From NCBI GenBank assembly GCA_040954595.2, contig CM082582.2, forward strand, positions 3,332,303 through 3,396,302: a DNA stretch of 64,000 nt, in the 5' to 3' direction. Under the pieces are notes generated by a model. It did not search any database and had not been told where the DNA came from. It saw only the letters and a list, made by a program, of their open reading frames with translations. Origin of the DNA: Balanoglossus misakiensis (lineage: Eukaryota; Animalia; Hemichordata). Position 1 is the first letter of the stretch. Each line of letters opens with the position of its first letter. Below are positions 35,461 to 48,100 of the stretch, one piece after another. The position numbers were made by a program, and so were the translations under genes.

Positions 35461-35852
35461 GTATTTCGTTCCTATGCAACATTCTTATCATACTAGATCA
35501 AAAGAAATATAGGCAGCCTCCTCTTTCCGAAATACAAAAGTAATGCTGGTCAACATTCCATAAAGTACACTGCAGCAAATGTCTGGAACTTGATAAACTT
35601 CCTGAAAATATTCGTTCCATGAGTTGAAAAAGCTCATTTAGAAAACAAATGAAATTATTCTTAGAACATGTTTTGTTTGAGTTTTTGTTGATTTTGTTAA
35701 TAATGTGTCCAACTGTTTATGTAAATACTGTACCAAGAGGATGGGTGAACTTGACTAGTGCGTTTGCACTATTTTCCAACCTCCTATTCACTTTAGCAGT
35801 ACATTTTCTTGTACTCTATACCATTCAATGTAAAAAAAGTGAAGTGAATAGC

Positions 35853-35912
35853 TTGAATTGAATTGAATTGAATTGAATTGAATTGAATTGAATTGAATTG
35901 AATTGAATTGAA
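35853..35912. repeat. (TTGAA)n microsatellite, 12 units
   Basis: Directly visible. Confidence 0.95.
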
Positions 35913-37407
35913 ACATAAACCAGAAAGCAATACATGTACAGTACATTGCAGCGACAGTATATTTTGACGGATGGAGGCGATCAACCCAATAAGTATCTAA
36001 CAGCATACATGTATAGCTTAAGTAGCGATGTATGTAGCAAAGAATTGTTCGGAGCTATGATCAACTCGTTTTTATCGCATAAAATCCCCAACTTTCATTT
36101 CAGCTCTGGATATAAGAGTATGTAAGTAGTCTCTCAAGTGTCGTTCTGCAAAGCGTGTAACAACTTGAGTGAATCTATGCGCCAAAATGATCAGTCAGTA
36201 ACCCGAGGACATTCAGTTTATATCTGGTTATTTGAGGGCGAGAGAAAGTAAGAAAATCATAATTTGGCGCATTACTATAGTGAGACCACCTCCTACGCTA
36301 TGTATTATACGTAAAATGTGAACCTCTCGCCGGTATATTTTAGTCTGAGACTTATGTATTGATTGAATTTTATATGGATTATTACTATATTTTTAATACT
36401 TCAATATCCACATTACTATGATAACATTTGTCACAAAAATGCAATAGATTATGTTTCCTTAAAGATAGAATCACCATAAATTCTTTGTTGACTTGAACAT
36501 GCAATCATGGGCTATAGATACTGACTTTTGAGCATGAAAGAAACATACGCACTGAATTTGATTCACGAATGTGTCGCCCTCTGTGGCGGACACAAATTGA
36601 CCCTTGATCTGTGCAAGAGCACAATATGCTATGTGCAGCTCCTCCGCCAGAAGCGAGGATACCGTACCGACCAGTAATCTTCAAATGAATATCTCCAGTT
36701 CAAATCTTCACGAATAACGACCCTGGGTTATATTTTTTACGGTCGAACGATGTAAGTACGATTATTAATTTGATATATTTAAGAGGTAGAATGTTGACAG
36801 GCATCGGGTGGTGCGTACTTCCAAACGGATTGCTGATGGACGAGTTAGATGGTTAGTTTTATTACATCACAACAACAACAAAAACACGGAGAAATAGAGG
36901 AACTTGGATCGGATGCACAGATACTTTGAGGCAGGGCGAAGAATCGATCCGAGAGCGGTGGCGAAAAAAATGAAACCGCATTCAGGTGACCGGGAATATT
37001 GAGGGGATCTCAAAATATTTCGCTGACATTACCGCCCAAACATTCAATCAATATGTAAACAGAAGTAACCACCAGCGCTTTCGTTGCGCGATATATAAAT
37101 AACAGTCCTTCAATTGAAGGTACAAAGTCGCTCTTTCTGATCTACCTTCCTGTGATATTTAGAGTACACGGAGTACATTGAATCTATGTTCGAACATTTG
37201 TTTGTCGAGCTTACAATCGGAGGCAGTGGCTCCAGTTATCTTCAAGTCCAACCCATTGCGTAGTACGTGTATTTGTTGTGAACGAATTCGATAATCACAT
37301 TAATTGCCAATAACTCCTCTGGTCACATGACTACCTGTCAGTTTACAACCATGATGTGATACATTTGTGATTGCTGTCATCTTTATTTATTTCGCAGACT
37401 TGTAAAG

Positions 37408-39798
37408 ATGAGCGCGCAAGTTATCTGTGATGGTCTCGAAGCTATATCGAGTTTCTTCGTGCAAAATAAACGTTCCGTGAAGAATATCTTAGTCATCGGT
37501 TTGGTCTTTGCTGTGAAAGCATTGTCGAAATTGATTGTCCTTAGATGCCATTGCGATTTGAAAATTTATTACTCTGTGTTTTATTTGATATGTCCAGCAT
37601 GTTTCTTGTTTGGTTTGGGTAAGTAGCGTGATGACTTTTTTCATTCGCAATAAAGACCAACGATTGGACGTTGTGTGTCCATCGGTGATTGGTCCTTGTA
37701 GGTCCGCTTACGACGAACTGATTGGCTGGTGCTTTTCTTTCACGATTCATTTCAACATTTACCTAACAGCATTGTGATTGATTTCTTTCCGCTTTAAATA
37801 TCTCGCGTTGTAATGTTCAGCGCCACGTACCTGGCATCCCGCGCCCTTCCCATACGCACATCCCGGAATGGCCTCATTAGGCTCGTGAGTGAGAACTGCA
37901 GTCGACCAATAAAGACAGAGGAAAATGCGGGTCGGCTGTATGCCTGATGTCGGCATATCGGGAAACTATGGACGCTTCCCTTGCCGCGAGCAAAAAGTTG
38001 ACAGTATAGGCAATGCTGTAAACCATAAACCCGCAATATGTTTAACTAATATGAACAATCTGTAAGCGTGTCCCATTTACTTACTTACACAACAGCCACG
38101 TAGATGTGGCAATTGACTGTACCATTTTCAGTTCAAACTATTCGACGAGATCAAGAGTGTACGTACCGGATTTTACTGATAGTATGCCAAGGGCAATTAA
38201 TCGGAAAATTAGTAATCGTTGATTGCTTGACGTCTCCCATGTCAATCACACACTACCAATGACGCCAGGGTTATTTTTAACAACTTGAAAAGGCAATGTA
38301 TCAATCAGCTGGACACCAGTTTCGCGTCGCTGTGACCTGCCAAAAGTTCGCTGCAAGATTTTATCTCCCCTTTTTCGTTCATTTTTAAAGATCTTTGATT
38401 AATCGTAGATGTTCTATTTTACATGTCACGACCGGAAATTCAATTTAAAAATCCCAAATAGTCGCCCACCAGCCAAGAAATCGCCCATGAGCGATTTTTC
38501 GGCTGGGTGAACTTTCTGTAAAACCCGGTACATTCCCCGAACTTGACGTGAATTCTTTCTTTTTACGCCTATTATTTCTACTCTAAGGCATTGTTCTGCA
38601 GACTTCAAACTTTCGTTTCATGGCCGGGGCTCGTCGGTACGGGAAGAGCGTCTCCAGGATTGGGCTGTGGAGGACTCTGGAGTGGTCCTTCCTGGCCTCC
38701 TTCGTGTGGATTTTCCTTTGTCTTTTCGATGGCAAGTGAGTAACACCTTTACATGTGACATCAAACCGCGTGCCAGAACTGACGAAAAGTCAACAGAATT
38801 ACTTCTATCAGAGAAGAAGAGCTGGTAGGCCCTGCAGCACATCATAAATTTGCGTTCTATAATTATTTCTAAGAGTGACGGCATTATATCTTGAAACATC
38901 AGACTAACCCTGCGTACAGGTCTGTGTGTTCCCGGCGTTACACGGCCGTGTACACATCAGACAAGCCGTTGAGACATTTAAATGGAAAGTATTAGCAAAG
39001 TAATAATTATACAATGGGCAATAATTTGGCTTGATTTCTTGTCTTTTTTTCATTCAGCTGGCTTGCATGTGCCCGTGCCGACTGCGCCAACGGAGAAGCG
39101 GTGATGTCGGATGCGGACATATTGCTCTCGCAGATGATTGGCCTAGTTCTTCTCCTCGTCGCAACAGTGATTGCCCTGGGCATATTCTGCAGCACCATCT
39201 GCGGTGACGATTATACTTATGAGCATGCCCGTTACGTGGAATGGTACACCGAGGCCGAACGAAAAACAATAGACAAAGAACTACGAGTATGAATTTTTAT
39301 ATTCATCTTTATTTGAGGAAGGGGTTTTTATATAAGGTGGTACATGTGTATAGTCAGTGTATATGAAGTGATAGACCGAACATTGTTTTCAACGTCAACG
39401 AAATATTGCAAATGACAGAATGGTCAGAATATAGTAGTTAACAAATTGGAAACCCCGCTTTGATCTAACACGATCTACATGTAAATTCCACCGAATATTT
39501 CATAAATGTGCTTTCTTGTTCTTGTCTAAAACGGCAGAATGCTGCTAAAGATGGGGCCAGAAGTAACATTACCAAGTTTTTCGAATTTGCCGGACCTATC
39601 GCTCAACTGGACAGGAGTAGATGGCACAAAGTGATGGCCTCCTGGGACGAAATGAAACGGCAACAAAAGGAGTCTGTGAGCGAAACTGGGAGTCTTGACG
39701 GTGGCGAAGAAAGTGGAGCGAAGGACGAAGATATTTCCGCGGAGGGAACAAGTGGTCCTCCGAAACAAACTGAGTTGACACCCTTGATCAATAAATGA
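37408..39798 (+). CDS. calhm: Calcium homeostasis modulator (CALHM/FAM26)-family large-pore channel, 282 aa, 4 coding exons
   Basis: Exons 37408-37618, 38588-38735, 39058-39286, 39538-39798 (849 nt, phases 1,2,0). Four hydrophobic segments with CALHM landmarks: CHC...Y...FYLICPACFLFGLG, WIFLCLFDGNWLACA, SQMIGLVL, Y.H.RY..WY...E, and A.SNITKFF. An acceptor at about 37398 suggests a non-coding first exon. AATAAA at about 40004. Confidence 0.85.
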
Positions 39799-41025
39799 TC
39801 ACCCATCTATGTGACTGATAATAGATAACATGGAAATGAATTGTCAGCACTTTCACTTTTGAAGCCTGATTGATGCTACAGATATTGTTTTAGTCTTTAA
39901 GACGGTGTCACCAATTATTAACGTTCACACTATCTAGGCAGGAAGTAGCAACCCGGACAATGAAAGAAAATACAACACAGTTTAGAATCCCATGGAAACA
40001 TGTAATAAATGGTAATTTTCGAGAATTATGTTAGTTAGAACCTCTAAATTTGATCATCCTTGTAAGAATATTCTCAGTATACAAAGAACGAATTTTAAAG
40101 CAACAAAATATGGTGCGATTTATGACTAAATAATTATACCAAAAGAAATCCAGCAGTTTCCGGAAAATGTGGGGCTGTCTATGTTCTTCTATTTTTAGAA
40201 CCACAATAGGCCTAAGTTCGTATGGTAATTCTTTTTTCATGAATTACAACTTTGGATAACATGCCTGTAACACAAACGGATAATTAATTTAATAATTAGG
40301 GATAACGGCATACTGATCAAACGTGAATCACCAGCAGATAAACGTGCACGTACCACGCACTCGCCGTATTGGTTTATTTTTACCAGGACGAGAAAGTACC
40401 GCCCGTCCATTTTGTATGCAGTCACTGATGCCAAAAATAGTTCCATTCTGCTATGTGCTCTTTTGGGCTGTGCTCTGATGGCGCACTATTGAGTTCAGAT
40501 GCAGACAAACCGGTCTAGCAAATAGTTTAGTCGTTATCGTCCTCACAACTATATTGATTGTGCGATACATGCAACAGTGTACGAAAGTCACCTGTTTACA
40601 CAATTACATGTATTTCATTCGTATATATGTTCATCCCACATGAATTCTAGTCCTGTTTGCATTATTTGTTGGGTGGATACACAAGTGTCAGTTGATTAGG
40701 GTGTTTTCAATTGGCCTCGTTAATTTTTCACCAAAATTATATTGCAGACGTATTCGCAAGTTATACCCAAGAACATGTTGAGTCCAGGTTGAGTTGTAAA
40801 TGGAAACCCTTGGCTCAGAGCTACGACAATGGGATTTACGGGGTGTGAATGTCGCATGAAGTTCGGAAAGTCGACTGCGAACCCGGCACTTTTGCTTGGA
40901 AATTATCAAACCATATTGGGTGATATGAGATTCTAAACAGCAACAAACCTCGACTTAACCACCCAAAGATTGATTTTACATGTTGTGGGTATGGGCATGA
41001 CATAGACCCTTTAAAAACAACCTGA

Positions 41026-42460
41026 ATTAAAGCTGCAAGCAGCACTGAAGGGGCCCAAGCATAGAGATAATAACCATTAGACTCCATTCAGGGTTGTACC
41101 ATTCAAATGCGTAGGCTGTATTTGCTCTGGATGTGGAGATATGGGGAAGTAGGCAACCACCCGAAATGGATGTCCTACAAGTACAAACACAACAACCAAA
41201 AGTGAACTTCTACCTTATGTAAGTACTTCAGTAAGTACTTCAAAGGTCAGCTGAGGGTACCCAAAAATTGGGCCAAAAATTTGGATTCCTATTTGGTTCA
41301 TATTCAAGACAACGGAAAATCTTCGCCCTTTGGGTTTGTCAAATTAGGTATGGCCATAATAATGAGTTACGCAAGTAAGTTACAGGTGGCCCCAGGAATT
41401 TAGCATTTCATGACGGTCCTACCCTACCCCTCCAAACACCTGGCTATATATGCTGTGCATGCTAACATATGGAAAGCAGGTCAATGGACAAATTTGACCA
41501 AAAATTGTCATTCCTGTTTATGTCATGTGCAACAAATACTACATTTGCAGCCCTTTCACTTTGCCTACCATTAGGTATGCACATAATACATGAATCAAGC
41601 AGGTGTCACAGGTATCCCCCTGTATTTGGCATTTCATGATAGTTTCATCCCTCCAAATACCAAAGCTGCACCTGTACAACGTGCTGAGATATGGCACTGT
41701 ACGACAGAGGTCATCCAAATCACCTTATACATTTGGGCAAAAACCAACTGACACTTACATTTGTCCCTGTGGAACAGAAACCACACCTATCGCCCTGTTG
41801 GTTAGTGTCCAATTAAATGTACAAAATGACTTAAGCAGGTGCAACAGGTGACCCCGCCTTTGGGATATCATTATGGTCCCATCCGTATATGCCCCCCCCC
41901 CCAAGCCAAAGCTGCATGCATCTGCTGTGGATGCTCAGTAAGCAAAAGTAGGTGAAAGGTCACATAAGGTCTCCCACAACTTGACGGGAAAATCGGACTT
42001 CATATTGATCCATGCGCAACAAATACCACACCAGCATCCCTTTCATTGACCCCGCAATTACGCATGCACATAATTGAGTTACACAGGTGTCACAGGTGAC
42101 CCCCGAATCGGGCGTATTATTTTGGTCCCATACAGCTGCATGAAGCTGCGTGCCATTACGGGCGACCTGATAACCCCCACGGCCACCTGCGGGCCGAACC
42201 CCATATTGAACGTCCAGTTGCAACGTCACGACTGAAGTAGGAACTTTTGAACGGCAACAAAGCCTGATCTCTGATTATTGCTGGTACCATACTCCATTCG
42301 TGCAAGAAAATCACTGGTTTGCTTACGTATTTCGGCCAATTTCCCAAACTACTATCCACTACATGTTACTACCATGCTAATGAAACCTCCCATGACATTA
42401 GCGACTGAGGGTCAAAGTCCGCTGCCGCAATGCTAACCGAGGGCGCTTGGGCCCCTAACA
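41026..42460. mobile_element. Putative non-autonomous Helentron-like (HINE/DINE-type) element with subterminal inverted repeats and internal degenerate tandem repeats
   Basis: 12-bp subterminal inverted repeat AGGGGCCCAAGC (41049-41060) / GCTTGGGCCCCT (42445-42456). Recurring CAGGTG(T/C)..CAGGT..CCCC motifs at about 41380, 41600, 41836 and 42084 (period about 220-250 bp). The class assignment is inferred. Confidence 0.5.
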
Positions 42461-44090
42461 ACAAGCATGTTTGAGACTTGAAAAATAGCATCCAATCATC
42501 TACTGTGTTATACATGCGTTATTACAAGAGTTTCGATTGTTCATATCTGTAGCTCCAATCAAGTGAATCAGTTGCTAATGTTTCAATGACACTTGAGTGT
42601 TTTATGACGTTGCATAGTGCCGAGATCCAATTAGTCAGGTTGCCAAATACAGATTTACGCCCTAACCCAAAATATCAGTATGCACAATGTTTTTTGCAGA
42701 TTACTCAACTATAGCATGTCCTTAACCCAAATCTTAAGGATGCCACCTTGGCACCATTGAGGGTTTCGAGAAATCCAAGATGGCCGCCAAGATGCCCACC
42801 AACCATGAAACAAGGCATAATTTTGGTAATAATTGAACTATGTGTCTGCTTTTTTTTACTATATTTGTGTTTTGGGGGCCACCCCCTCCATTCTTCGCCA
42901 CATTTCATTAATTGGCTGGTTTGTCTAGTGTACCAGGGCAGACTTAATTACTTCTGATTGCAACCTGATTAGACTGCATGACCAAACCATCTGACTGGTG
43001 CAATGGCACTAATAAGAACAATACCAATATTAGCTAACAGTTACATGAACAATGATCAATTTTATAATAAATCAGGCCCTTTCGACAAAAATTATGTATG
43101 AAGTTACACAGTGTTGATGAAAATTACGATGCATTTAAAATCCACATAATAATATTAAGTACAGGCAAAACGGGCAATTTTGGAGCCAGAAATAATACCG
43201 TACGTCTTATTTTGCCTAGCCCCATCTCTATCAATCACCCAAAATTTCATAATATACATAAAGTGGTTAAATCAGACAGTGCAACTAAACAATACACTAC
43301 AGAACACAGGTTATGATTGGCTTCTTGAATAGAGTTTTGCTTAAAAGACGCTTTAAATATATTTCTTGATGTGGTACATTGATATCCAATGCTTCGAAAC
43401 TGTACATACATCTAATAAAGAAGGTTTCAAGAACAAGGCTGAACAAGTTTATCTAAACCAAGAAATTGTAAAGATTGGAACCAGCACTTTTCGGGTCATG
43501 TGAATGGGACCAATATAAGAAGTGTATGTATTTCTCGAAAACTTTCATGCCATAGGTAATGTTATGTTGAATAAACGACTTTTAAAGTTGGACTTAATGA
43601 TGCAGTATATAACTTTAGTGTACATATAATTCATATTTTCTGTTTGATACACTTGATAAGACATTCATCATTTGCATTTGCCATGGAGAATTGCAAAGTT
43701 TCTTTTGCTGATATTACTTGTTCACTTTTTATCATCACACCACTGTATAATGCTTTGGAAATGAGCATTAAGTAGTGTAAGATCTACATCAGGTATCGCG
43801 TTAAAATGTATGGAACTGGTTTGAAGGCGGAAGTCTGCATAATCAGAGGAGTAGGGGAGGTCATTAATATAAATTAGAAATAGTGTGGGCGCAAGTATCT
43901 ACCCTTGTGGACCCCATATGCAATCAACAAGTGTTCGAATACATCATCATGTACAAAAACAACGTCATTTACACATAAAATTGCACACAATGTTGCTTTT
44001 GGATAGGGTATTTTTGGATGAATATCTCACAAACGTGACAAATTGAGGGAACTAGCCTTCGTAGATATAGATATAGTAATTGCTTATGCA

Positions 44091-44410
44091 GGAGGGTTTT
44101 TCTTAACCGCCATCTTGGAAACACGGTGGGTTGTGGGATAGAACTGGATGGGTAATCACGGAAGACGCTACTTGTGGCTATACACACAAATCGGATTTAC
44201 TTTTGCGGTACGGTATTCTTATGCTGTCGCCTCACACTAGTGACTACTGTACTGCAATGCGTAAGTAAAAGACGTCGCCGTACCCTACTTCTGATTTTAA
44301 TCAGATTGGTGTATAGCACAAGTAGCATCTTCCGCAAGTACCCCTCCAGTAACCCCAGTTCTATCCCACAACGCACTGTGTTTCCAAGATGGCGGTAAAG
44401 ACAAACCTCC
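44091..44410. mobile_element. MITE-like inverted-repeat element containing a degenerate copy of the TIR of the 47487-48226 element
   Basis: CCGCCATCTTGGAAACAC..GTTGTGGGATAGAACTGG..CTACTTGTG.CTATACAC versus GTGTATAGCACAAGTAG..CCAGTTCTATCCCACAAC..GTGTTTCCAAGATGGCGG. The interior carries TGCTGTCGCCTCACACTA and CGTCGCCGT.CCCTAC.TCTGATTTTAATCAGATTG. Confidence 0.7.
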
Positions 44411-45123
44411 CATATTTTTCCTCCCCTCTGGTGTAATATTTCCATCCATTGCTTCCCCATCTGCTTACATTACCTTTTGTCATTTGTCTGTTCCTTACTA
44501 ATTGACTCTCGGAACAGTCTTTAACAAAACTGAAAGCAACTGCAATACTACAGATTTGTTTAAAATCATATTCTACCCACTGATGGAAGGTCAAGCATAC
44601 TGAATTCATTGGCCAGAGGGGAACATGTCAAGGACTAGTTTATTGTGTATCACTCACATTTTCTTGCTCTCCAATATCCCTAACGGCTCAGTTTTCAGCT
44701 CATCAGCAATTTATACAGTACAGGCAATTGTTGTTGTTGTTGACACATATATTGAATTACTGACTTAATACATTTTTCAACAATAACTGTATGAACAATT
44801 TGTATGTGGACTATGGTAAAAAGTTAGTCATTAATCAAGTGATAGGGATCTAGCTGAACAAGAAACTATGGTTGATACACTGAACAGACACACTGAAAAA
44901 ATTGCCAAAAGTTACAAAGTGGAGCTTTAACATCCCCTTTGTATCGTAGAGGGCAGTGGCATTTGACAAAATGATGTTAATCAAGATTGCCAAATTTCGC
45001 TTTCACAAATGTACAATACCTAAGAATCTTGCATTCAGCTAGTGTGACATACATCTTGTGGATAAGCAAGGTCATTTTTGCCTTAGACAGTAGTGCTGTT
45101 GTGGTAGATCACCGAGATTTACT

Positions 45124-48100
45124 TCACAATGGAAATTCGACAGTGAGATGAGATGATGGTTTCAGAAGCGATGTCTTTCCCAACAACCAATAAGTCTTCA
45201 TTTGACCAGTATCCTACAACGAATGGTACAGTCAAAAAGGAAGTTTAGACATTGTATCTAAATACTGGATTCTCATCGATGAATATTTCAAAAAGCACAA
45301 TGCTCTATTTTCTTGATGACTATCTTAAAAACATCTCATATGACACTGTAGCCTCTATAGCTGCCACTTTTTGCATTATTTTCATGATTTTATTTTCCAA
45401 ATTAAATTGGTCCATCTAAATTAATGCTTACTGATAGGTATACATGAACACCTTATCGATGCCTGATTGGTGACTGCATGTTGCAATTTGAACACGCTAT
45501 GTATTAAAACGGTGCCTCACCGATTTAATCAGCCTCCATACACACTGTACGCAGCTATCGCGGTATGCATCGCCAAAAGATGACAAACTGATGCAAATGC
45601 AAGTAGTATGGCTTAATGGTGATGATTTTAGAGGATAGGGAATATATTTGAAGTATTTTACTGTGGAAAAAATATGTAAAATTTGGCAGCTATAGGGGCT
45701 TTAACTGCACTACCACCTGACAATCTACATTGCAATTACAGCACTTGAAGTGCTGAAGTTGCAGCTCATGAGGACACATCCGGAAAATAATCGTCATGAT
45801 AACAGAACCATAAATCAAGGAACTCAAATTCAATTCACATTGTGATCTTTAGGGAGCATTAGGCTACCATGGCCAGGATTGGCTGGCAATTAATGTTGTG
45901 TCTAAATGAAAACAAAGATAACACAGAGATGTGAACAGAATATTGTCATGTGTGTATGACTGATAATCTGAAAATAAGCAATTACTCGGTTGTCATCTGC
46001 ACTACTAGTAATAGTATATTGTGATATTTTAATTAAACCATGTCTTGCAAGATTTATGAGATTTCTTCAGCAACTCCAGTTTTATAATAATAAGTTTTTA
46101 ATTTATCAAAGTTACAGAAAATGTCTATTATTAGCAGATTCCTGTAAGAACAATATCCGTACCAGATTTCATCAAATGAAGACACGTCACTTTACCAAAA
46201 CAACACAGACTGTAAACAACACTAAAATCAAATATTCTCAATAGTATTGGGGGATATCTGCAACTGTTACCATCATGCTAAACTTCAGAAAAAGTCACTG
46301 AAACGTTTAAAACAATCACTGACTATACCATACTGCATACTAGAGCACATGCAAGTGATCACTAGGGTATATTCATATAATAAACAAATAGCCATTGTGG
46401 AAATTTATGGCTTCATTTCTGATGGCTGTAGGTCAAAACAAAACTGAACAATGGAAACAAAAATTAAATCCTGAGCTATAGATTAAATATACAAATACAT
46501 TTCATCTCAGCCAAATGTTGGAATGTATCAATCAATGTGCTTACTTTAACTCTGATGATCCCACGTTCTTGTGCTTCGTAGCCACCAACCTCTTTCAATT
46601 TGTTAAAGGTAGACTCACTAATATGAATTCTTCCCGCTGAAAATTAAATCAAAACACATTATTAGAAATTATATTATATTGTGCTACCATCCGCAATCCT
46701 ATTGGACGAGAGCTCAATCCAGCGATGCTAAAATACTCAATATAACACTGCTAAAATGGGCACCTGAACTAGCATAACCAGCTAGGTGGATCATGTTTCA
46801 TAGATTGCTTGTGAACAATCCAAATTTTATACAAATGTGTATTTTCTCTGGTTAGTCAATATTGTAATTTCAACACAGGTCTCCAAACCGTCATTTACAT
46901 CTCGCCAAAGCTAATTATAAATAATTCGCAAAATAGCGAAATGAAGAAATGATATTATCTAAAATAGAGACAGCCATAAAGTATAAAACAATCAAATACA
47001 TAGAACGAACTGAAGCCTACAAATAACAAAATACTCAGTTGATTCGATGCATTTTACACTCGCCATCGACCCCCTTTATTAAGCGCTCCCAAGTGGCTGA
47101 GGGATTGGAAAGAAATTACAGGGAGAGAAAACGGGGCAGCAGTATTAAATGATAACACGCACACTGTAAAGGAAATGTCTGCATTTGGGTGGAAGATGTT
47201 TGGTGATATTGCCATTACCATGTGCAAAACTTGCACTAAACGTTGTCATTTTATTACATAACTATTACCATTCTTTTAAATACATGTGGTTTAGTGCACT
47301 TGTATATCAGTTGACAATCATTCTGGACACGTTGTTTCAATTCTGTATGTTCTTTTGGTTGCGTATTTGTCGAGTTGGCACTCAAAAAGATTGATTTAGA
47401 GGGGGTATATGCTGATATATAATGAGACTTAGTTGGATGTTCATGCTTGCAAACTTTCGTTTTGGTGAGGGAGAGATGGTTGAAGCCAATCTGATTAAAA
47501 TCAGATGTAGGGAACGGCGACGTGGTTTTTTTATGCTGTCGCCTCACACTACATCTGACCAACTCTCAATGGAGATCCCGCTGAACTCTACGAGACTTAC
47601 TAGGAATATAATCCAATCAGAAGGCGCCTTATAGCAAATGATAGGCAACCCACAATCACATGACCTGGCCCCTTGCAGTTGTTACCATGGAGCTACCACA
47701 GACATATATCCCGGGCGCGAGAGTCGAATCAGCGTGGGGAATGGTTTCGAGCCAGTTCAGCGTGACGACTGAACCTCTATATTCCACCGGTCAACGAAAT
47801 GTATAAGACGTGGCAACAAGTCGCAGTAAAATCGCCTACGAGGGCGAACATGACTTGTTAGGAGAGTTTATAAATGATCAACGACAGTTCATCTTTTGTA
47901 TATGGCTACAGCTCGACGTTTCCACTGCTCTGCGAAAACCACCCGCATACGATGACGCCAAACAAAGAAAGATACCATGGGATTACATGTAATTGTTCAC
48001 AAGAGAAAGCCAATCTTTCGTATTCTGTGCGATACTCGAAGTCAACAACAACATTTCTCCCATCTCCCAGTGCAATTCTTTAGTCGGCATAACACGCAAT

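Noticed and set aside
35788-36006. ORFs with FNSIQ repeats
   Set aside because: Translations of the (TTGAA)n microsatellite.
36572-36590. CTCF-like motif (GTCGCCCTCTGTGGCGG) upstream of the CALHM gene
   Set aside because: Imperfect spacing relative to the consensus and common in repeats; not supportable from sequence alone.
37770-38065. Possible CALHM exon after the CCTAACAG acceptor at 37769
   Set aside because: In-frame stops in the required phase; the exon at 38588-38735 supplies the expected TM3 motif instead.
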